From: Candidatus Multivoradales bacterium
GTDB taxonomy: Bacteria > Acidobacteriota > Thermoanaerobaculia > Multivoradales > Multivoraceae
Reading direction: 5' to 3'
NCBI GenBank assembly: GCA_965223325.1
Contig: CBDCWI010000001.1
Location: 1,984,001 to 2,048,000, forward strand
Length of the DNA: 64,000 nt
Part shown: positions 57,252 to 64,000 of the stretch, one piece after another
Layout of the letters: every line of letters begins with the position of its first letter
How positions within the stretch are numbered: position 1 is the stretch's first letter
Translations under genes and position numbers: made by a program
The notes under the pieces: model-generated
The model's input: the letters and a program-made list of their open reading frames with translations, nothing else
The model's database searches: none
Told to the model about the DNA's origin: nothing

Positions 57252-58160
57252 CTATTGCTCGAGCGCCACCCTGACGTGCCCGCCAGCCGCTCGCAGAGCA
57301 GCGCGCGCCGCAACAGCGGTCTTTCCCGTGCGGGCCATGACGATCGCGGTCTTCACCTCGCGGTCCGCCTCTCTATAGAGCCTTTTCGCCTCGGCAGTCG
57401 AGACCTCACCGGCTGCCTCGACGATACGTGCCGACCGGTCGCGCAGCTTGGCCGAGCCAGGTCTCAGGTCGACCATCAGATTGTCGTAGACCTTGCCGAG
57501 GCGCACCATCGCCGCCGTGGTCACCCCATTGAGCGCGGCCTTGGTGGCCGAACCGGCCTTGAGGCGGGTCGAGCCAGTGAGGACCTCGGGGCCCGTTCCG
57601 AGTGCAATCACATGGTCGACCGAAAGCCCGAGCGCCTCAACCTGGTCGGCTGGCGCGCAGGTCAACAGGACCGTGTGGGCACCCCGGTCTTTCGCCGCCT
57701 CGAGGACACCGCGCACCCAGCGCGTCACCGAGCTGGCCGAGATTCCGATCACAACGTCTCCTTCATTGACGGCACGGCCCACCGCTGCACCGGCCTCGGG
57801 GTCATCTTCGACGCCTTCCTGGGCGCGAAACACCGCCTCTTCCCCACCGGCGATCACCGCCCGAATACGACCGGGGTCGCTACCGAACGTCGGCGGACAC
57901 TCGGCGGCTTCGATAACACCCAGTCGGCCGCTGGTGCCCGCACCGGCGAACACCAGGTCCCTACCGGCCTCGAGCGCCAGCGCCACCCGGTCGGCGACTT
58001 CGGCGATCGCGGCGCTTCGAGCGATGACGGCATCGAGACCACGCCGATCCTCGGCGGCCAGGAGCTCAACGATCTCAACGGTCGAGCGCCTATCGAGCCC
58101 TCGGCTGTCGTCGTTCTGTGACTCGGTGGCGAGATGACGCCAGTCTGGTGGTCTGGTCAC
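57252..58160 (-). CDS. murQ: N-acetylmuramic acid 6-phosphate etherase
   Basis: GAGTSGRLGV..AAECPPTF, IAGG, GPEVLTGSTRLKAG, GKVYDNLMVD. Confidence 0.96.
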   Translation of the reverse strand: MTRPPDWRHLATESQNDDSRGLDRRSTVEIVELLAAEDRRGLDAVIARSAAIAEVADRVALALEAGRDLVFAGAGTSGRLGVIEAAECPPTFGSDPGRIRAVIAGGEEAVFRAQEGVEDDPEAGAAVGRAVNEGDVVIGISASSVTRWVRGVLEAAKDRGAHTVLLTCAPADQVEALGLSVDHVIALGTGPEVLTGSTRLKAGSATKAALNGVTTAAMVRLGKVYDNLMVDLRPGSAKLRDRSARIVEAAGEVSTAEAKRLYREADREVKTAIVMARTGKTAVAARAALRAAGGHVRVALEQ

Positions 58161-58254
58161 ATCTTGGTTCCTTCTGGTGGGCTGCGCATCCTCATGCGAC
58201 CCGGTGAAGTTCGGATTGTAGGGGACGCTCGACCTCGCTATGGTCCCTAGGACG

Positions 58255-59478
58255 ATGAGTGATGCCACCCCATCGCCCCCGGCCACGCTGCTCGATGGCC
58301 CGGCCTGCCTCCGGGCTGCGCGCGACATCTTGCCCTGGATGTCGGAGATTCGGCGTGACTTTCACCAACATCCCGAGCTCGGCCTCGAAGAGCATCGCAC
58401 CAGCGCCCGCATCAGAGAGCACCTCGACGACCTCGGAATCCCGTTTCGTGCCGGCGTGGCACAAACCGGAGTGCTGGGAACCATCGGCCAGGCATCACCC
58501 GGTGCGCGCGTCGTGGCGTTGCGCGGCGACATCGATGCGCTACCACTCCACGACGCCAAAGACACGCCCTACCGCTCGACGATCGACGGCCGCATGCACG
58601 CCTGTGGTCACGACGTCCACACCACGATCGTGCTCGGTGCGGCCCGGGTCCTCCTGGATCTCGGCGGCCAGCTGCCCGGGGTCGTCAAGCTGATCTTCCA
58701 GCCCGCCGAAGAAACCGTCGGTGGTGCGCAGATGATGATCGACGACGGTGTGCTCGAGGACCCGGCGGTGGATGCGATCTTCGGACTGCACGTCGACCCT
58801 GATCTCGAGGTCGGCACGTTCGGCTTTCACTACCAGCAGCGCAACGCCTCGTCTGACGCCGTGCAACTGATCATTCACGGTCGCTCCCACCATGCCGCCT
58901 ATCCGGCTGGGGGCGTCGACGCGATCGTCATTGCGGCGCAAGTCATCAGCGCCCTCCAGACCATCATCAGCCGCAACGTCGACGCGCGCGACGCCGCGGT
59001 GTTGTCGCTCGGAACCATCGAAGGTGGCGCCATCGCCAATGTGATGGCCAACCGGGTCGAGCTCACCGGCACCGTGCGCTGCCTCGAGGCAGCCGTGCGC
59101 GAGCGCGTTCTCGAGCGGCTGCGCGAAACCGCCGAGGGCGTTGCCGCGGGTCTCGGAGGACGGGCCGAGGTCAACATCGAACCGGGCTACGAACCGCTCA
59201 TCAACGACGACGCCATGGTCGAGATCGCACGCCAGAACGCCATCGCCCTGGTAGGGGAAGAGAACACGACGGTCTTTCCGCGCTCCAACATGGGGGTTGA
59301 AGACTTCGCCTACTTCACCCAGAAGGTGCCCGGAGCCTTTTACTCACTGGGCGTTCGCAACGAAGAGCGCGGCATCGTGCACCCGGTCCACCACGAAGGG
59401 TTCGACATCGACGAGGAGGCGCTCGCCTACGGCGTGGCGCTGCAGGTGCAGAACGTCTTGAGCGTGCTCCAGTCTTGA
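58255..59478 (+). CDS. M20D amidohydrolase
   Basis: RRDFHQHPELGLEE, LRGDIDAL, MHACGHD, FQPAEE, EDF, HH..FDIDE. Confidence 0.95.
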   Translation: MSDATPSPPATLLDGPACLRAARDILPWMSEIRRDFHQHPELGLEEHRTSARIREHLDDLGIPFRAGVAQTGVLGTIGQASPGARVVALRGDIDALPLHDAKDTPYRSTIDGRMHACGHDVHTTIVLGAARVLLDLGGQLPGVVKLIFQPAEETVGGAQMMIDDGVLEDPAVDAIFGLHVDPDLEVGTFGFHYQQRNASSDAVQLIIHGRSHHAAYPAGGVDAIVIAAQVISALQTIISRNVDARDAAVLSLGTIEGGAIANVMANRVELTGTVRCLEAAVRERVLERLRETAEGVAAGLGGRAEVNIEPGYEPLINDDAMVEIARQNAIALVGEENTTVFPRSNMGVEDFAYFTQKVPGAFYSLGVRNEERGIVHPVHHEGFDIDEEALAYGVALQVQNVLSVLQS

Positions 59479-60707
59479 ACCGCATCTGGGGCAGCTTCTT
59501 TCTGATTGCCTTCACAGCCGGCGTGCTGCGTTCGCTGGCCTACGGCGAGCACGAGGTCTGGGCGGCGATGACCGGTGCGGCCTTCGACATGGCGAAAACC
59601 GGTTTCGAGATTTCACTCGGCCTGACCGGTGTCATGTGCCTGTGGCTCGGCGTCATGCGCCTCGGCGAAGTCGGCGGCGCGGTCGACTGGCTGGCGCGCG
59701 CCTTTGCACCGCTTCTCCATCGGCTCTTTCCGTCGGTTCCCGAGGGGCATCCCGCCATCGGTGCGGTGGTGATGAACATGACCGCCAACATGCTGGGGCT
59801 CGACAACGCCGCCACGCCACTCGGCCTCAAGGCGATGGGCGAACTGCAGACCCTCAACCCCGAGCCCGATCGCGCTACCGACGCACAGATTCTCTTCCTG
59901 GTGCTCAACACTTCGGCGGTGACCCTGATCCCGGCGACGATCTTCGTCTACCGCAAGCAGCTCGGAGCGGTCGACCCGACCGACATCTTCATCCCGATTC
60001 TCGTTGCGACGTACTGCAGCACCATGGTCGGCCTTCTGACGGTGGCCTTCGTACAGAAACTCAAGCTCTGGGATCCGGTCGTCTTGACCTATCTCGGCGG
60101 CCTCACCGCGCTGGTCGCCGGCATCGTGGCCTACTTCTCGCGCCTGCCGCAGGAGGTCATGGAAGCACAGTCGGCAATCATCTCGAACTTCGTCATCTTC
60201 ACGATCATCGTGGTGTTTCTAATGCTCGCCTTGTGGAAGCGACAGCCGGTCTATGAGACCTTTGTCGAGGGGGCCAAGGACGGCTTCAAGGTCGCCATCG
60301 GCATCATTCCCTACCTGGTGGCAATGCTGGTTGGAATCGGCGTGTTCCGCGCCAGCGGCGCACTCGACTGGCTGCTCGATGGTGTGCGCGTTGCCGCCAC
60401 CACCGCCGGGCTCGACACCCGTTGGGTCGACGGCGTGCCGACGGCACTGATGAAACCGCTGTCGGGCAGCGGCGCCCGCGGCATGATGATCGAGGCGATG
60501 GAGACCTACGGCGCCGATTCCTTTGCCGGTCGCTTGTCGAGCATCATTCAGGGAAGTACCGAAACCACCTTCTATGTGCTGGCGGTGTACTTTGGTTCGG
60601 TCGGCGTCAAACGCACCCGCCACGCTCTGGCCTGCGGCCTGGCGGCCGACCTGGCTGGCGTCGTCGCGGCGATTCTGGTTTGCTACCTGTTCTTTGGCCG
60701 CGCCTAG
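59475..60707 (+). CDS. Fused SpmA/SpmB nucleoside-recognition (Gate) membrane protein
   Basis: ANMLGLDNAATPLGLKAM.ELQ, YETFVEGAKDG, KPLSGSGA, GSTETTFYVLAVYFG. Confidence 0.93.
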   Translation: MNRIWGSFFLIAFTAGVLRSLAYGEHEVWAAMTGAAFDMAKTGFEISLGLTGVMCLWLGVMRLGEVGGAVDWLARAFAPLLHRLFPSVPEGHPAIGAVVMNMTANMLGLDNAATPLGLKAMGELQTLNPEPDRATDAQILFLVLNTSAVTLIPATIFVYRKQLGAVDPTDIFIPILVATYCSTMVGLLTVAFVQKLKLWDPVVLTYLGGLTALVAGIVAYFSRLPQEVMEAQSAIISNFVIFTIIVVFLMLALWKRQPVYETFVEGAKDGFKVAIGIIPYLVAMLVGIGVFRASGALDWLLDGVRVAATTAGLDTRWVDGVPTALMKPLSGSGARGMMIEAMETYGADSFAGRLSSIIQGSTETTFYVLAVYFGSVGVKRTRHALACGLAADLAGVVAAILVCYLFFGRA

Positions 60708-60728
60708 CGACCGTCAACCGGAGACGTC

Positions 60729-61337
60729 ATGTTGCGGAAACAGAAAGCACGATACCGAGCCTTCCTTGTTGCCCTCTGTGCTCTCCTCTGTGCTCTCCTC
60801 GCTGCCAGCCTGGTGGCTGCCCAGAACGGCGAAGAACCAGCAACCGTCATCTTCCTCTCCCGGCATGCCGAAGCGCTCTATCCGCCGCCAGACGATGCGC
60901 CGCGCAACCCACCCCTCAACGTCATGGGGCAAGACCGTGCCAATGCTCTCGTGCGGCTCCTCGAACCGGCCGGCATCGAACATATCCACAGCACCGACTA
61001 TCACCGCACCCAGGAGACCGCCGCACCGCTCGCTCGGCGGCTCGGCCTCGACGTGGGGTCCTATGACCCGTCGGATCTCGCCGCGGTGGCGAAAAAGCTT
61101 CTCAGAACGCCGGGTCGTCACCTGGTTCTGGGCCACAGCAATACAACGCCCGAGCTCGTCGGCCACCTCGGTGGCGAACCTGGGCCACCGATCGATGAGC
61201 GAACGGAATACGACCGGTTGTACATGTTGGTGATCCCGGCGAATGGCCCCGTTACAACGACCGTGCTTCGCTACGGTGCACCTCTCGCTCTGGACTGGCA
61301 GGAACGAGCGGGAGAGCGCCGCGCTCCAGAACACTGA
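60729..61337 (+). CDS. Histidine phosphatase (SixA/PGM-like), secreted
   Basis: Signal peptide, RHAE, G..RA, ST...RTQETA.P, GHSNT. Confidence 0.85.
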   Translation: MLRKQKARYRAFLVALCALLCALLAASLVAAQNGEEPATVIFLSRHAEALYPPPDDAPRNPPLNVMGQDRANALVRLLEPAGIEHIHSTDYHRTQETAAPLARRLGLDVGSYDPSDLAAVAKKLLRTPGRHLVLGHSNTTPELVGHLGGEPGPPIDERTEYDRLYMLVIPANGPVTTTVLRYGAPLALDWQERAGERRAPEH

Positions 61338-61402
61338 GCCCCTGGCTCTAGAGCAGCCATTCCGAAGACATTCACCAGACAGGCACCAGATAGGGAGACA
61401 CC

Positions 61403-62215
61403 ATGCGACCGAACGTCAAACTCGAAAAGCTGCCCGTACCCTTCATCGCCAGCGCCATCTTCATCACCGCAACCCTCTGTCTGAGCGCCGCCGTCTTCGC
61501 CGACGTCGAAATCAAGGGGCAAACTCATACTTCAGGGGTGGGCCTGAATGCCGACGGGGAGTCCGTGACCTACATCGACGGCATGCGAATGCGCACCGAC
61601 TCGACGATGAAGGGCAAGCGCTTCTCGACAATCCTGGACGTCGAAGCCCAGAAGATGATCAGTCTCAACCATCAGAAGAAGCGCGCCGAGGTCTACGACC
61701 TTCGCGAGCTCGCAGCCGAGCTTCGCGCCGTGACCTCGGAGGGCATCGAAGTGAAACTCGATCCAGCCGGCGAGCGCAAGACGATCGCCGGCCTCGACTG
61801 CGAGCGCTACAACATGGAGATCAAGGTGTCGGTCGAAGCCGAAGCCGGTATGGCAATGGACGTCGTCCTCTCGGGCCCAGCCTGGATCGCCAAAGACGCC
61901 CCCGGCCGCGACGACTACAAGGCCTTCTACTTCGCCGCCGCTGAAAAAGGCCTGTTCTTCGGCCCGCCAGCAGCTGCCGAGAGCACACCGGGACAGACCA
62001 GGGCACAAACCGAGATGTACCGGAAGTTCGCCGAAGCCGGCATGTCATGCGCCTCGGACATGGAAATCGCCATCGAAGGTGAGGGGCCAATGGCAGCGAT
62101 CATGAAACGGGTCGGCAAGATGTCCACCAGCTTCGAGCTCACCGGCGTCGAGGCCGGGGACGTGCCCGACGATCTGTTTACGGTTCCCGCCGGCTACAAG
62201 GTCAAGGAACGCTAG
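61403..62215 (+). CDS. Secreted DUF4412-like protein
   Basis: Signal peptide, YIDG.RMR.D, GERKTIAGLDC..Y, LFTVPAGYK. Confidence 0.75.
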   Translation: MRPNVKLEKLPVPFIASAIFITATLCLSAAVFADVEIKGQTHTSGVGLNADGESVTYIDGMRMRTDSTMKGKRFSTILDVEAQKMISLNHQKKRAEVYDLRELAAELRAVTSEGIEVKLDPAGERKTIAGLDCERYNMEIKVSVEAEAGMAMDVVLSGPAWIAKDAPGRDDYKAFYFAAAEKGLFFGPPAAAESTPGQTRAQTEMYRKFAEAGMSCASDMEIAIEGEGPMAAIMKRVGKMSTSFELTGVEAGDVPDDLFTVPAGYKVKER

Positions 62216-62231
62216 AGCGAGCTCGCGAGCG

Positions 62232-64000
62232 TCAGAAGACGAAGCGCACGCCGAGCTGCATCTGCCGGGCCGAGGTGGTGGTCCCGCGAATCCGCCCGAA
62301 CGAAGCCAGCGGCGCTTCGCCTTCGCGGGTCCCGGTAAGGGCGATCAACGACGGGGTGCCGAAGTTGGTGCGATTGAACACGTTGAACACTTCGATGCGC
62401 ACCTCGAGACGACCGGCATCGCCGAGTGCCTGCCAGCGGGTGTTCTTGACCAGCGCCAGATCGACGGTCTCGAGGTCGGGGCCGAGGAGCGACCCCCGAC
62501 CGACGTTCCCAGGAGTACCTGCCGGCTGCAGCACGAAGGCAGTCGGGTCGAACCACTGGTCGGGATCGCCGAGGACCGCGTCGCCGGCGCTTCGACCCGG
62601 CGCAAAACTCGGCCGGTCGCGGCCCACCCCTGGAGCCAGCGCCGGCGCCCACTGCGAGCGTGACCAGTTGTTCTGGACGAAGACGGTGAGCGGGTTACCG
62701 CTGCGATAGCGGCCGATCCCGGCAAGCTGCCACCCGTCGAGCAGCCGACCGAGCTTGCCCGTCCGGTTGCGAAAGAACGGCAGGTCCCAGGTCACACTCA
62801 CCACCGCACGGTCTTTGGCGTGGAAGTCGGAGAGGCCCCGGTTGTAGTCCTCGCCGAGGCTTTCCGGGAAAGCCGAAGTCGTGCCGTTGGTGGCATCCGA
62901 GAAGAACGTTGACGCCTGCGTCGTGTCTTCCGCGGTCGACCGGGTGTACGAAGCGTCGAAACGCAACCCACGGTCGAAGCGCTTGCGGACATCAACGAAC
63001 ACCGCGCGGTACCAACTGTTGCCATCGCTGCTCTTCTGTTCGATGGTCGAGAAGCTCGGATTCGGGCGCCGGGTCCCCACCGGGAAGAACGGAGTGCCGT
63101 CGGCGAGGGTCTCTGGGACAGGCACGTTGACGTCGCTATTGCGCAGCAGGTGGCGGCCAAGCGACCCGGCGTAGCCGGCGGCAACGACGATGCCCCGCCA
63201 CACCTCACGCTCGACCTTGAGGTTCCACATCTGCAGCTCTGGACTCTCGAGGTCGTACTGGATGGGACGGATCGAGATGCTGCCACGGTTGAAAGGAGGC
63301 TGAGGAAAGGTGGGTCCCGGAATCACCGGACGTGGCGTAAAAGGCGGGTTGGTGATCGTGACGATCAGGTTCTGCTGGTTGTTGGTGTTGTAGTAGATGC
63401 CATAGCCACCACGCACCGACGTCTTGCCATCGCCCAACGGATCCCAGGCGAAGTTGAGGCGCGGCGACCAGTTGCCGCGCGTCGGGTTCTGGTAGAGCTT
63501 GCCGATCGTGGGCTCTCTGTCGGCGCGCGACAACAGAGCAATATCGCGGCCGCGCGCCTCCTCGGGAACCGAAGCGGTCTCGTAACGCAGGCCAAGGTTG
63601 AGGGTGAACCTCGAACCCAGGCGCAGCTGGTCTTGCAGGTAGATGGCCCACAGATCGAAGTCCCACTGGCGTTCGAGGTCCCCATCGGGGGTGAGCCCTA
63701 TGAACAGTGCCGGGCGGTTGGTCAGGAAACGCTCGAGACTCGGGAAGCGAAACAGCCCGCGCGAGAACGTCGGGTTGAACATCGTGTCCTCGTAGCGCTC
63801 GTAGAGCGCCCCCGCCTCGATGAGGTGATTGCGCCAGATGCGCGAGAAGTCATAGGCAAGGCTCGCCACCTCCTGGTCAAGTGCCACGTCGGCCGAGATC
63901 TGCGGACCAAACCGAGGGATGCCGCCGATGTCGATGTTGCCCAGGGTCTCGCGGCCCGCAACGAACGGCTCGACAGGAGCGTCGAGGTTCGCCTCGACGT
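62232..64000 (-). CDS. TonB-dependent receptor (Oar-like), C-terminal part; 5' end lies outside the window
   Basis: Frame is open to the window end. YLQDQ...TLNLGLRYE, SPRLNFAWD..GDGKTSVRGGYG, FNVFNRTNF, RQMQLGVRFVF. Confidence 0.93.
   Translation of the reverse strand, partial: VEANLDAPVEPFVAGRETLGNIDIGGIPRFGPQISADVALDQEVASLAYDFSRIWRNHLIEAGALYERYEDTMFNPTFSRGLFRFPSLERFLTNRPALFIGLTPDGDLERQWDFDLWAIYLQDQLRLGSRFTLNLGLRYETASVPEEARGRDIALLSRADREPTIGKLYQNPTRGNWSPRLNFAWDPLGDGKTSVRGGYGIYYNTNNQQNLIVTITNPPFTPRPVIPGPTFPQPPFNRGSISIRPIQYDLESPELQMWNLKVEREVWRGIVVAAGYAGSLGRHLLRNSDVNVPVPETLADGTPFFPVGTRRPNPSFSTIEQKSSDGNSWYRAVFVDVRKRFDRGLRFDASYTRSTAEDTTQASTFFSDATNGTTSAFPESLGEDYNRGLSDFHAKDRAVVSVTWDLPFFRNRTGKLGRLLDGWQLAGIGRYRSGNPLTVFVQNNWSRSQWAPALAPGVGRDRPSFAPGRSAGDAVLGDPDQWFDPTAFVLQPAGTPGNVGRGSLLGPDLETVDLALVKNTRWQALGDAGRLEVRIEVFNVFNRTNFGTPSLIALTGTREGEAPLASFGRIRGTTTSARQMQLGVRFVF

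Noticed and set aside
1-64000. Numerous overlapping Arg/Pro/Ala-rich ORFs in the track; tRNA, rRNA, integrase or transposase genes
   Set aside because: The ORFs are alternative-frame artefacts of high GC content. I recognised no structural RNA or recombinase by eye, and a tRNAscan/Infernal run would be needed to exclude them.

Overview
GC-rich bacterial chromosomal window with about 50 genes, probably from an Acidobacteriota (Thermoanaerobaculia-like) heterotroph. That taxonomy is inferred from the ADOP permease, the Oar-type TonB receptor, DUF4388 and the 'F-x-D-G-F-E...WS' protein tails. Content is dominated by secreted and periplasmic peptidases and hydrolases, transporters, fatty-acid/CoA enzymes, ychF and murQ. 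I saw no rRNA, tRNA, CRISPR array or transposase. The ORF track misses several signals. (1) Two different ArsC/Spx-family genes (22169-22498 +, 38090-38431 -) each carry an in-frame TGA in a U-x-x-C motif followed by a SECIS-like hairpin, so both are probable selenoproteins; the second is translationally coupled to a Ser/Thr kinase. (2) Two unrelated secreted proteins end in the same 21-aa tail D-V-L-F-x-D-[GE]-F-E-x6-W-S-x3-P, a candidate sorting signal. (3) There are CTAG-bounded non-coding elements: a 166-bp MITE, a 206-bp tandem array (two full copies and one partial) and a hairpin cluster, plus a 173-bp duplication after ychF. (4) Also present are a HExxH protein/lipoprotein pair, a GGT-fold protein with a variant active site, a nonsense-disrupted ferredoxin and a surface-protein gene frameshifted at a G7 run. 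All family assignments come from reading motifs by eye, not from database searches.
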